Below are positions 51,474-60,856 of a stretch of DNA of 64,000 bases, one piece after another. The stretch is from Patescibacteria group bacterium. Its GTDB lineage: Bacteria > Patescibacteriota > Minisyncoccia > 2-02-FULL-40-12 > GWA2-44-9. The stretch's first letter is position 1; every line of letters begins with the position of its first letter. The position numbers were made by a program, and so were the translations under genes. The stretch lies in contig JBBTSY010000005.1 of the NCBI GenBank assembly GCA_038064515.1, forward strand, positions 50,093-114,092, read 5' to 3'. Below the pieces are notes generated by a model. It was given only the letters and a program-made list of their open reading frames with translations, ran no database searches and had not been told where the DNA came from.

Positions 51474-51737
51474 CTATTGAGAGAAAGGATCATTTTTACC
51501 TCGCACCCCGGGATTGACAGGAAATTCTCCATAGAGGCGTAGGCTCTTGTATGCTGGATTTTGAAGTAACGCGAAATCTATCTTCAAATGCTCGAATACT
51601 TTTATGTCATCCCGTCCTTCTTGAGGCAATGGTGCTACGACGTAATCGCTCCCACTTTGGGAATAGTAATAGTACCCGCCCGCAAAGCCGAGAATGATTA
51701 CCAAATATAGGATAAGTTTATTTTGTTGCGGTATCAT
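51474..51737 (-). CDS. Small membrane-anchored pilus-cluster protein (PilP-position)
   Basis: TM plus C-terminal GKNDPF. Lies between pilO and pilB. Confidence 0.65.
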   Translation of the reverse strand: MIPQQNKLILYLVIILGFAGGYYYYSQSGSDYVVAPLPQEGRDDIKVFEHLKIDFALLQNPAYKSLRLYGEFPVNPGVRGKNDPFSQ

Positions 51738-52257
51738 CGAGGAAATAGGTTGCGGCTTGGATTTGATAGCTCAATTGTAGTGTTTGGGGATCGATGGACA
51801 TCTGGATGGTCTGTACATCGATGAGCGGGATATTCTTTTCAAAACTATCAAGCATATTTTTAAGAGCGCCGTACGTTCCCTTGCCCTGTATCGATATCTG
51901 AAGAAGCGCGTGCTCCTCTCCTGCTTTTATCGGTATGGCTGAAAATGCCACCTCGGCGATCGTATTGCCGGTCTGCGTGGCGATGGCTTCAAGGCTTGAT
52001 AATATCTCGGCAGTGCTCTTTTTCGCGGGAACTACGGCGGCAAATGTCGCCAACTCCGAACCGCGCTGTTCGTATTCTTGCTTTAGTTTTTTGATGTTCT
52101 GCTGGATCTCGCCGCGTTCCTTGATAATCACGTCTCGCTCGCTAATGGCGGTCTTTAAAAGGCTGATCTTGCCATACTCCGCATAGGCCAACGGCCAAAA
52201 CAAGAACAGGCTGACCGTGATAAGACCCACTCCCATGAGTTGTTTATTATTGGCCAT
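51718..52257 (-). CDS. pilO: PilO-like alignment protein
   Basis: TM, coiled coil, GTYGALKNMLDSFEKNIPLIDV. Position after pilN. Confidence 0.8.
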   Translation of the reverse strand: MANNKQLMGVGLITVSLFLFWPLAYAEYGKISLLKTAISERDVIIKERGEIQQNIKKLKQEYEQRGSELATFAAVVPAKKSTAEILSSLEAIATQTGNTIAEVAFSAIPIKAGEEHALLQISIQGKGTYGALKNMLDSFEKNIPLIDVQTIQMSIDPQTLQLSYQIQAATYFLDDTATK

Positions 52258-52813
52258 TGAAATTTCTTAAGAATTTAGATTCATCGAATTGGAGCGTGAT
52301 ATTAAATTCATAACTGCCGGCATTGGTCGATTTTGCTCCGCTGATATCGACATCCATGACGCCGTCATCCGCGACAAGAGAAGCCATCTGGCGAGCAATG
52401 ACCGTATAGCTGGGCGCCACCGCATTCAAGTTCACGGTATGGGTCGACACCGTCGCATTCATTGATACGACTTTTACCTGTTGTTGGAGCGCTCGCTCAA
52501 TTTTTCCCAACGCAATGGTCCAAAATATATGGTTGGTAAGAAAGCTTGAGATCGAAGCTGATTGCTTGCTAAGCGCCAAGAGCTTTTTTTCCGCTTCTTT
52601 GTCTCGACTATTCTCAAAATTCCGAAGTGATACATTCTGCTCGGTGATCTGCGCCTCGAGCTTATTCGTCATCGCCTTCGCGACGCCGAAAAGCACCAGC
52701 ACCGCAATCAGAAAACCGGCGCCGATATAAAGCATCCTATTTTCACCCGGGATTTTTACCTCTATTTTTTTCCTGGTCTCCGGAAGAAGTTGTATCCCCC
52801 CTTTATCTGCCAT
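52247..52813 (-). CDS. pilN: PilN-like alignment protein
   Basis: IQLLP N-terminal motif, TM, coiled coil. Follows pilM. Confidence 0.75.
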   Translation of the reverse strand: MADKGGIQLLPETRKKIEVKIPGENRMLYIGAGFLIAVLVLFGVAKAMTNKLEAQITEQNVSLRNFENSRDKEAEKKLLALSKQSASISSFLTNHIFWTIALGKIERALQQQVKVVSMNATVSTHTVNLNAVAPSYTVIARQMASLVADDGVMDVDISGAKSTNAGSYEFNITLQFDESKFLRNFNGQ

Positions 52814-52837
52814 AGTTATGTAAAGTATACCTCACTT

Positions 52838-53935
52838 TTAAATTTCACGCATCGCCAGACCCGCGGCAATTGAGAAGTTATTGGAAAGTTCCTGAACGAC
52901 AGGCGTTAATTCTTGGGGATGGACGATTCGGGAGAATACATTGCCTATGTAGACATCTCTCCCTAATCGCTCTTTGAAATAATTTACAAAATTAGGCATA
53001 TTCACGATGCCGCCCACTAAAACCACGCGCGTAACTTTTTGGTTCTTGGTCTCTTCGAATGTAGAAATAGTCTTTTTAGTTTCGAAAATCATCATATCAA
53101 CTAATGATGTCATGGCTTCTTTGATGATATTCTCGTTTGAATCGGTCAAGCCAAGCCGATGTTTGAGATCTTCGGCCTTCTCAAGGCTTATATTCAACGA
53201 TCGGGCGATAGACTTTGTAATCTCGAACCCGCCGATCTCATAGTTATGGCTAAGACGCTCGTACCCTTTGCTCACGACAACCATTGATGTGCTTCGCCCG
53301 CCGATGTTTACGATAGCGGTAGAGCTTAAATCATTTCCGAGAAGCGCGCGGATCAACCCGGCATTTTCAAGTTCAAGCGCGACTAGATTAAGTCCCGCCG
53401 CCTGCATGATGCGTTGGTATCGCGCCGTCTCATCTTTGGGAACTGCGGCAAGAAATACTTCAACGATGGTTTTAGCAGTCCCCGCGCCAGGGGTCGGTGT
53501 CGTGGCAGACTGATCGAGGATACCAACGATGGACCAGTCGAGCACTACCTCATCAAGAGGAATCGGCACGTACTTGCGGGCTTCAAAGGGCAAAGCTTTC
53601 GCCAGATCCTCTTCCGACAGATACGGCATCTGAATCACGGTAGTGAACGTCGAGAACGACGGAATCGCCGCCACAACATCCCGGGTTTTGAAATTAGACT
53701 TCTTAATAACCTCCTCAATCCCCCACACAATCTCCTCATCGGGAAGTTTCAAAATGCTTTGGGCGTCATTAGCGCCGCTTTGGCCCTTGAGCTCAAAAAG
53801 GCCATAGTTTTCCAGCTTATAGCGCCCACCGCTATTGCTAAGCTCTACGAGCTTAATAGACGAAGTGCCGATATCGATGCCGAGTTTGCTTTTTGCTCCA
53901 AAAAGTTTGAACATAGAGACAACTAGATACCTCAT
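52838..53935 (-). CDS. pilM: Type IV pilus assembly protein PilM
   Basis: LGIDIGTSSIKLVEL, EARKYVPIP, VNIGGRST, LVGG, AAGLAMR actin-like fold. Confidence 0.92.
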   Translation of the reverse strand: MRYLVVSMFKLFGAKSKLGIDIGTSSIKLVELSNSGGRYKLENYGLFELKGQSGANDAQSILKLPDEEIVWGIEEVIKKSNFKTRDVVAAIPSFSTFTTVIQMPYLSEEDLAKALPFEARKYVPIPLDEVVLDWSIVGILDQSATTPTPGAGTAKTIVEVFLAAVPKDETARYQRIMQAAGLNLVALELENAGLIRALLGNDLSSTAIVNIGGRSTSMVVVSKGYERLSHNYEIGGFEITKSIARSLNISLEKAEDLKHRLGLTDSNENIIKEAMTSLVDMMIFETKKTISTFEETKNQKVTRVVLVGGIVNMPNFVNYFKERLGRDVYIGNVFSRIVHPQELTPVVQELSNNFSIAAGLAMREI

Positions 53936-53962
53936 TAATCTCCCTTTAGTATAGCATATTCA

Positions 53963-54733
53963 ATGCATATCCCCGCGAAACGACTCATCCAAACTGTGGA
54001 TTATTCTAAAAAGATTTTCCGTTGGTTCTTTGATCTTATTTTTCCTCCTCGTTGTCTGGGGTGCCGCCAATACCTGAATGAGCGGCCCATTGAATATCTC
54101 TGCAAGGCGTGCGGACACACCATTAAAATCAAGCGTTCATTCGAATGTATAGAATGTAAGGCGCCTTCGATCCTCGGCCTTCCTTGTCCCTTATGCCGGC
54201 GTACCGCGGCAATCGACCAGCTCCTTATCGCCGCTGATTTCAACGACCCGCTGGTGGAAAGGCTAATTAAAACATATAAGTATAAATTTATTCCCGAGAT
54301 CGCTCTGCCTCTGGGACGGATTCTCACCCAGTACATCACTTTTCTCAATATAAATAAGTCGTACGGCATTTTTCGCGACAATCCATTGATCATGCCCGTA
54401 CCCCTTCATCCGTATCGCCTCCACTGGCGAGGGTTCAATCAATCCGGCATTCTTGCAAAACAGCTGGCCAATAGCTATCAAATGGAATGGACTGACGAAG
54501 TCCTGATGCGAAAGCGCCGTACGCCGCCGCAAGCCACCGCCGAAAATCGGGAAATTCGCCTGGCAAATATCAATGGGCTCTTCACGTGTCGGCAGTACCA
54601 TAGAATCGAGGGACGACCAATTCTCCTCATTGATGACGTCTGTACGAGCGGCGCTACACTCAATGGCTGTGCCGAAATTCTCAAGAGACATGGCGCCTCA
54701 TCGGTGTGCGCGCTTGTCGTTGCGAGAGGGTAA
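53963..54733 (+). CDS. comF: ComF-family competence protein (double zinc ribbon plus PRTase)
   Basis: DLIFPPRCLGC, further CxxC pairs, PVPLH...RGFNQS, LLIDDVCTSGATL. Confidence 0.92.
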   Translation: MHIPAKRLIQTVDYSKKIFRWFFDLIFPPRCLGCRQYLNERPIEYLCKACGHTIKIKRSFECIECKAPSILGLPCPLCRRTAAIDQLLIAADFNDPLVERLIKTYKYKFIPEIALPLGRILTQYITFLNINKSYGIFRDNPLIMPVPLHPYRLHWRGFNQSGILAKQLANSYQMEWTDEVLMRKRRTPPQATAENREIRLANINGLFTCRQYHRIEGRPILLIDDVCTSGATLNGCAEILKRHGASSVCALVVARG

Positions 54734-54764
54734 AATCTATAGTAATATAGGCTCTGCGAACCAC

Positions 54765-54856
54765 GGAGACGTGTCAGAGTGGTCTAATGAGCCTCTTTGC
54801 TAAAGAGGTGGGGGCTTTAACTCCCCCCGGAGGTTCGAATCCTCCCGTCTCCGCCA
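54765..54856 (+). tRNA. tRNA-Ser (GCT)
   Basis: GGAGACG acceptor, CCTCT-TTGCTAA-AGAGG anticodon arm, long variable arm, GGTTCGAATCC, encoded CCA. Confidence 0.93.
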
Positions 54857-54911
54857 GATGTCCAAGTTCGAACCGAGGTAGAATAAGGGTTCTTGGACTA
54901 AAATAAAGATT

Positions 54912-55751
54912 ATGCCAAAGTTATTAACTAAAAAAGAAGCTGTTGAATTTCTTGGTCTTGATGACAAGGTTTTTGATAACTACTTCAAAAATGCGGCTGA
55001 ATTTCCATGCATCGATAGGGACGGCGGCAGAGGTCGTTTTTACTTTGACGAAAATGTCCTACGAAAATGGAAGGATAGTTTAGCGTGGAGAACCGTTGAT
55101 CTGAATAAAGACGACTATGCCCTGTGTTTAGATTTTGCACTAGCACAACACTTTCGTAATTATGTGCAGTCAGATTTTGGCACTGGACGACAAAGAGAGT
55201 TTGGGCAAAAAATAACAAACTGGGTCAAGGGACAGCTTGGAGAGGTTGCAGTAAAGAAATTTCTGAAGCGAGAGTTTAATGTAGATATTGAACTTGATTT
55301 TGATATTCGCGATAAAATCGTTTTGCAAGACATTACAGCTGTCAAGGAGAATGGAAAAATGAGAACGCCAAAAATAGGCGTTGGTATAAAATCGTCTAAA
55401 CCAAAAAGCGCTTTCTTGGTACTCGGAGAAAATGAGATAAGGATAAAGGAGCGCAGATCAGATGTTTACATCTATTGTCGCCCTGATATTCCCGATGATC
55501 ATCTTTTAAGGTTAACGAAAGAGGAAGTAAACGAAGCCGTAAAAAATAAACCTCATTATTCCAAATACAAAGATTTAATGCCGGATTTCGTAAATATACC
55601 CTGTGAAGTTGTGGGTTGGTGTCACTATTCTGAATTAAGAGAAACAAAACAAATCCCCGGACAAGAATTTGATGGTATCCGATTTGTTAAAGAATCTGGA
55701 CTTTTAAAGAAAACGAAGAAGGACTGGCAAGAGCTTATAAAGCAACTGTAG
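54912..55751 (+). CDS. Putative restriction endonuclease with N-terminal excisionase/AlpA-like HTH
   Basis: LLTKKEAVEFLG...FP...RFYFDENVLRKW HTH. GQLGEVAV...QDI...VGIKS PD-(D/E)xK-like pattern. Convergent on and overlapping a C5 methylase. Confidence 0.65.
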   Translation: MPKLLTKKEAVEFLGLDDKVFDNYFKNAAEFPCIDRDGGRGRFYFDENVLRKWKDSLAWRTVDLNKDDYALCLDFALAQHFRNYVQSDFGTGRQREFGQKITNWVKGQLGEVAVKKFLKREFNVDIELDFDIRDKIVLQDITAVKENGKMRTPKIGVGIKSSKPKSAFLVLGENEIRIKERRSDVYIYCRPDIPDDHLLRLTKEEVNEAVKNKPHYSKYKDLMPDFVNIPCEVVGWCHYSELRETKQIPGQEFDGIRFVKESGLLKKTKKDWQELIKQL

Positions 55752-56880
55752 CGCCGACTTCTATTTCATCAAATAAACTTACTATCTCTCGTGCGCTAGC
55801 TTCTCCGTTGGTAAGTTTCGATTCCACGAACTCGTAGGGAATCCCTGCGAAAGTTTTTAGCACTGCAGAAATAACGGCTTGTGCTCCAACTGGAGGCACG
55901 GCCATACCGATTTGTTTTCTCGCGCTTTCTTTGGAGCCTTCGAATATAAAGCTATCGGGGAAAGATTGCAATCGTGCTCGTTCTCGGTTTGTAAGAGCGC
56001 GATGTTCTGACCAGTGATAAACATGCGTTCCACCCCCTCCGCTTCCGGTGATTGTATAGGCGGGTTTTTTAGGATCTAATCGTTTATAGATTTGACTCAT
56101 TCGAGCACCTTTCACGTTTAGTCTTAAGTGTTGAGGTATCCCCTCATACCAAGCATTTTCTCCGGCTGGGATATGCTTCAGCCGCTCAACAACACCTGCG
56201 GATTGCTTGGTAAGTTCGTGATTTTGCGCGTCATCTGATATTCGCGGGTTTTCGATAGCTTCGCGCGCACTCACATAGTTATTCCTTGAAGTCGGAGCGG
56301 GAACTTTGAATCTCAATCCCAAATCTTTTCTTATGCCTATAATGACAATACGATGTCTTTGTTGTGGTACTCCGTATTCTTCAAACTTATATAAGTGAGG
56401 GGTAAGAACATAGCCCCTGCCCGCCTCGCCCAGGTCTTTTAAAATTTGTTTAAAAGCGTTTCCACCATTTGCACTCTGTAAGCCGCTAACATTTTCTGCG
56501 ATGAACCATTTTGGATTATGCGTATTTATAGCCCTGACCCCATGAGAGTAGAGAGGACCAAATTTTCCATCAAATCCTTTTTGTTCCCCAACAACACTAA
56601 AGTCATTACAAGGAAATCCAAAAGCGAGCACATCAAACTTTGGCACCTTTTTAAAGTCTATTTCTCTGACATCTGCGCAAACAACCCCTTTCTCATTTCC
56701 GTTATGGATATTACGAGCGTATGTTTTGCAAGTATCCGCATCGTAATCGTTCGCCCAAACTGGCTCAATGCTATATATGCTGTCTTTATTTTCAGCAAAA
56801 GATCGGATGGCTCCAAGAGCAAGGCCACCGGGTCCGGAGAATAATTCTGCTAATTTAAATTTAATTTCTTTTTTCTTCAT
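55735..56880 (-). CDS. DNA (cytosine-5)-methyltransferase
   Basis: Motif I ELFSGPGG, IV GFPCNDFS, VI ENV, VIII QQRHR, IX RERARLQSFP, X QIGMAVP. Confidence 0.95.
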   Translation of the reverse strand: MKKKEIKFKLAELFSGPGGLALGAIRSFAENKDSIYSIEPVWANDYDADTCKTYARNIHNGNEKGVVCADVREIDFKKVPKFDVLAFGFPCNDFSVVGEQKGFDGKFGPLYSHGVRAINTHNPKWFIAENVSGLQSANGGNAFKQILKDLGEAGRGYVLTPHLYKFEEYGVPQQRHRIVIIGIRKDLGLRFKVPAPTSRNNYVSAREAIENPRISDDAQNHELTKQSAGVVERLKHIPAGENAWYEGIPQHLRLNVKGARMSQIYKRLDPKKPAYTITGSGGGGTHVYHWSEHRALTNRERARLQSFPDSFIFEGSKESARKQIGMAVPPVGAQAVISAVLKTFAGIPYEFVESKLTNGEASAREIVSLFDEIEVGATVAL

Positions 56881-56906
56881 AAATTCTCAATTTATTTTAC
56901 CATTTA

Positions 56907-57530
56907 TTAAAATTCTCGCCTAAGCACACCCACAACCCTACCTTGTATTTCAACATTCTTTTCATAAAATGGCTTCATATATTTGTTTGCCGGGACAAGT
57001 TTTATTCGCCTTTTCTCTCTATAAATTTTCTTGAGAGTAACTGCGTTTTTATCGGGCAAATAAGCAACTGCTTTTTCTCCATCATTAACCGCTTGTTGTT
57101 CACGAACAATAACAATATCGCCGTCTGATATGCCCTCCTCAATCATACTTGTTCCGGAAACTTTTAAAGCGTAATAATTTGCACCTCTCGAAAGCATACT
57201 GCGCGGTACTTCTATTGGTTCGGGGTTTCTGATTGCCTCAATCGGCCCTCCAGCGGCAATAAGTCCCATGAGCGGGATTTCTACCAAGTCTCTTTTCTGA
57301 TCGTTGAATGCTTGAATCGAACGCCTTTTACCTTTATCCGCAGAAAGTAAATTTTTCTTTCGTAGATAGGAAATGTGTTGGTGAATTGTCGGGATAGAAA
57401 CCCCAAAATTATCGGCTATCTCGCCAAGAGAGGGAGAGTAGCTCTTTTCTCTTTGAAATTTTGTAACGAATTGCAAGATTTCTGCTTGCCGCTTTGAGGG
57501 CTTACCTGCTCCAACTGGCTTCTTTTCCAT
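56907..57530 (-). CDS. lexA: LexA-family repressor (HTH plus S24 peptidase)
   Basis: RQAEILQFV...SPSLGEIA HTH, Ala-Gly cleavage site IAAGGP, catalytic Ser (GTSM) and Lys (TLKK). Confidence 0.88.
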   Translation of the reverse strand: MEKKPVGAGKPSKRQAEILQFVTKFQREKSYSPSLGEIADNFGVSIPTIHQHISYLRKKNLLSADKGKRRSIQAFNDQKRDLVEIPLMGLIAAGGPIEAIRNPEPIEVPRSMLSRGANYYALKVSGTSMIEEGISDGDIVIVREQQAVNDGEKAVAYLPDKNAVTLKKIYREKRRIKLVPANKYMKPFYEKNVEIQGRVVGVLRREF

Positions 57531-57536
57531 ATCTAA

Positions 57537-57562
57537 ATTATAATACCTAAAGATAACCTAAA
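57537..57562 (-). promoter_or_regulatory. lexA promoter -10 and candidate direct-repeat operator
   Basis: TTTAGGT-N4-TTTAGGT (57545-57562) immediately upstream of TATAAT (57542-57537), which is 6 nt from the ATG. Confidence 0.5.
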
Positions 57563-57583
57563 CAAGAGAAGTTATCCCCAACC

Positions 57584-59029
57584 ATGAAAACAGGAAGAAA
57601 TGACCAGTGCCCCTGCGAAAGTGGCAAAAAATATAAAAAGTGTTGTTTAGAGAAAGATGAGAAAAGAACAAAACTAAAACAACGAGTTATGAGAATAAGC
57701 CGTCGCGATTTTATTTCGGGCCCATATAGGAATTGTCCAAATCCGCAGTGTTTAGCAGAAAATTCTTTTGGTGTCTTTACGCCAATTTCTGAATCGAGGT
57801 CATATTCGAGAGAGTGTATTAAATGTTGGCATAAAGAACATTTTGGATTACCGAGAATTAAAAAGAAAATCGTGTATCTGGATCAATTTGTCATTAGTAA
57901 CTTAGTTAAGTTGTTGGACAAATCATGTCCGAGTCACCAAAAAATAAAAGCTGATCCATTTTGGGAGTCTTTATTCATAAAACTCGAAAAGGCCTCTAAG
58001 CTCCAAGCCATAGTTTGTCCCGATAGCTTCTATCACAGAGATGAATCAATGACGGGAGGTGTTGAGTTTAAATTAATGAAAAGGTTGTATGAACATTTTT
58101 CAAGCGGCAAAACTCTTTATCCAAGTATCATAATCGAGAAAAATCAAATTACTCATCATTTTGAGTCATGGCTTGATGGTAAAAAAGCCAGCTTTGAATT
58201 TAAGCCGGAAGACATTGCTTTCGAAAAAGATTTACATAGCTGGTCAGTTGGCTTGAGAATTTCAGTAGGCGGTAATCCATACCCCGGACAAGTAGAAGGT
58301 CTCCATAAGACGAATGAAACAACTCGTGAACAGCTGAAAGATGTTTGGACAAGGTGGCAAAATGAAAAAGAAGTTGGATTTGTCGAGCGTATCAAAGAAG
58401 AAACATCAGGGCTTTGGAAAGGTCTAATTAGCGCGGCAAGACAATTTGCTATGAGGAGAAACAATGCAATGACAAAGATGGCGGCAGGTGAGAATTATGA
58501 AATGGATTTGGATGATTTTTTGCCACCGATGTCCAACGACATAATAGAAACTCTCACGAGGATTGCTCAAGCTAAAGGACTACAAGGTAATCAGATTCCC
58601 GAGTCAATTGTGAGTTACTTTGGTAACATAGATTCTTTGCTTGAAATACCACAAATTAGAATAAGCTCCGTAATGTTTGCGGGGTGGGCACACAGAGCGG
58701 CAAATGGCAAAAAGAATCCTCCTAAATCTACAGCAGACGTACAATTTATCTCAAGCTATTTGCCGTACTGCGATGCACTATTTGTGGATAAAGAGTCAGC
58801 GATACTTCTCAGAGAATTTCCAAAAGGTACACCGTCAAAATTTAGGTTGGCAGAGTTCAATGCTCACATCTTCTCTCTCGCGAATAAAAAACAGTTTTTG
58901 GATTACCTCGATCAATTGGTTGCGGATATTCCAGCAGAGCAAATGGAAATATTAAAAGATATGGAAGGAGAGGATTATGGAAAGCCATATTGGAGTATAA
59001 TTGAGCATGAGAAACGGGAGAGGGTATGA
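57584..59029 (+). CDS. SEC-C motif, zinc ribbon and PIN-like domain protein
   Basis: GRNDQCPCESGKKYKKCC SEC-C. CPNPQC...CIKC. IVYLDQFVISNL and DVQFISSYLPYCDALFVD acidic PIN-like motifs. Confidence 0.7.
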   Translation: MKTGRNDQCPCESGKKYKKCCLEKDEKRTKLKQRVMRISRRDFISGPYRNCPNPQCLAENSFGVFTPISESRSYSRECIKCWHKEHFGLPRIKKKIVYLDQFVISNLVKLLDKSCPSHQKIKADPFWESLFIKLEKASKLQAIVCPDSFYHRDESMTGGVEFKLMKRLYEHFSSGKTLYPSIIIEKNQITHHFESWLDGKKASFEFKPEDIAFEKDLHSWSVGLRISVGGNPYPGQVEGLHKTNETTREQLKDVWTRWQNEKEVGFVERIKEETSGLWKGLISAARQFAMRRNNAMTKMAAGENYEMDLDDFLPPMSNDIIETLTRIAQAKGLQGNQIPESIVSYFGNIDSLLEIPQIRISSVMFAGWAHRAANGKKNPPKSTADVQFISSYLPYCDALFVDKESAILLREFPKGTPSKFRLAEFNAHIFSLANKKQFLDYLDQLVADIPAEQMEILKDMEGEDYGKPYWSIIEHEKRERV

Positions 59030-59236
59030 GTTTTTAAATCGAATAATCAACTGCATTTTTCCCTTTATCGGATTTTGGTTTAGGAACCTCAAACCATTCC
59101 GGATGTTCTTTGTGCATATGCCTCAAATTCTTTATAATTGGATCAAGAGTCCAGAAAGTTAGCCTTCTATAAGCCGTTTTAGGTTCTAACTTCGGGACAT
59201 CGTCCCCGCCAAAATCACATCTCGAAAAATCAAGAT

Positions 59237-59473
59237 ATGAAAAAAAATAAACAAGTGTTTCTACCAAAATGGATGCGGTGGTTTTTTATGCCGTTATTTG
59301 TTGGTATTTGGGGATTGGTTACCTATCTCGAATTTTTCAGCCCTGCCAACAGAAATGAGTTAGGATTTATTGGATATCTTGGCATGAGTGTCCTTTTCTT
59401 GGGCCTGGCACTTGTCCTGTGATTTATGTCAAGCGGAAAACTGCCGGCATATGTTATTGAAGAAGAGGAGTAA
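59237..59473 (+). pseudogene. Small 2-TM membrane protein with in-frame TGA at 59420-59422
   Basis: ...LGLALVL*FMSSGKLPAYVIEEEE*. The second helix continues through the stop, suggesting TGG>TGA. Confidence 0.45.
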
Positions 59474-59512
59474 AAAGCTATGAATGGTGTTATAATCAGC
59501 ACGTACTAACTA

Positions 59513-59638
59513 ATGCAACATATTGTGAAAAAGTATCTTGTATGGGCTCTAGTTATACTAATATTGGGTGGAGGGGTGTGGATGGTTGCAAACAGTGAGG
59601 TTCTTCGGACTAAAGCCGCCGATCTTTGGCCCGATTAA
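59513..59638 (+). CDS. 41-aa single-TM peptide or truncated secreted-protein remnant
   Basis: MQHIVKKYLVWALVILILGGGVWMVANSEVLRTKAADLWPD. TGTTATAAT upstream. Confidence 0.35.
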   Translation: MQHIVKKYLVWALVILILGGGVWMVANSEVLRTKAADLWPD

Positions 59639-59740
59639 GGGAGACTCGATATCATAGCTCTTAGCGCAATTACCGCAAATATTTTCAAACACAGACATCA
59701 CTCTAGATGTGATTGAGCCCATCGCAACGCGATGGGCTCT

Positions 59741-60724
59741 TCAGGCGATAGACGCCTCCTTTCTTTCACTACGATAAAAGATCTCAAAGACGACGTGGTC
59801 TTTGTGCGCATCTTGCGGACGAAGTCCACTGATGTCACGGAGTTGGATCCCGGCCAAACGCTCCTCTGGCCCGGAGCACACCGTACGAATGAGCTTGCGC
59901 TCCTGCGTTTCGCCGCCTGACCAGCCCGTTATGCGAGCAACGATCTCGGCAAGCTGGTAGTTAAACCGGATTTTCCGGTAAACCCCCCTGAACAACTGGG
60001 CAGAAAGCAGTTCCACCAACATGTAGGGCTGCCAAGTACGCCTGCCCTTCTTGGGGCAACGGGCCTTGAGCTCCTCGATGAGCCACGCCACATCTTTGCG
60101 CCTTTCAAAGAAGAGCCGCTCGTTTTTGTACTGTGACATGATCTTGTCGATGAACCGAGCAAAAGCTAGATGCGGGTCACGACCATGAAACTGGAGCCAG
60201 TACGCGTCGGCAAGTAGGTGCCGGTCCCTTCGTGCGACGCTGAAACGGACACCCGCGGGAACTGGTCGGAGTCCGCTCTCTTCATTGAGTCCGCTCTTCT
60301 TGTAAAAGCGCACCCGGTTCATCTTAAGAAAAAACGGATTGCTAGGTCCGCACTTGCGGCCTAGCACCATACTGTTCGCCCGTTGTTGAAGAATCTGGAA
60401 GATCCGAGCCGAGAGCCGTGCGTAGTCTTTGTGGCTCAAGTGGCAAAGCGGGTAGCGTGCACCATGCCAGCGACCATTGCACGCCTCATGGTACGGAATT
60501 CCCTTTCCCAACCCCACCTCTAGGAGCACCGCATCGGAAAAATGCGTCTGCCCGGACTGTCCGGGACCGATTACCGCCAGGACATTCAACGATGGCCGAG
60601 GGTTGAAGTGTTCTCGGACACCGTCCGGCAACACCTCCAATACCACTGCGGCATGTTGACGAACACGCTCTGCATCGCGAGCAATGATCTGGGGAACGTC
60701 TTCCTGCCGCCGTCGGAACAGCAT
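59741..60724 (-). CDS. Hypothetical basic protein, no recognised domain
   Basis: Long open frame. ATG 60724 preceded by GAGGTGAG. Followed by hairpin AGCCCATCGC-AAC-GCGATGGGCT. Confidence 0.6.
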   Translation of the reverse strand: MLFRRRQEDVPQIIARDAERVRQHAAVVLEVLPDGVREHFNPRPSLNVLAVIGPGQSGQTHFSDAVLLEVGLGKGIPYHEACNGRWHGARYPLCHLSHKDYARLSARIFQILQQRANSMVLGRKCGPSNPFFLKMNRVRFYKKSGLNEESGLRPVPAGVRFSVARRDRHLLADAYWLQFHGRDPHLAFARFIDKIMSQYKNERLFFERRKDVAWLIEELKARCPKKGRRTWQPYMLVELLSAQLFRGVYRKIRFNYQLAEIVARITGWSGGETQERKLIRTVCSGPEERLAGIQLRDISGLRPQDAHKDHVVFEIFYRSERKEASIA

Positions 60725-60856
60725 CAAAGAACTCACCTCACTTTCGACCTCACCCGGAGGTCCCACTACTTGCTATAATGATTCATTAAAAATGTTCGAG
60801 CAAGGCGCTGTGTTCATAAAAAGTTGAAAGCCGCCGTTCGGTACGTCGAACGACGG

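Noticed and set aside
59420-59422. Stop-codon reassignment (TGA=Gly, code 25)
   Set aside because: Conserved genes such as metG, rnhB-region genes and pilins are intact under code 11, and TGA ends genes such as metG and gatA. The other internal stop is TAA.
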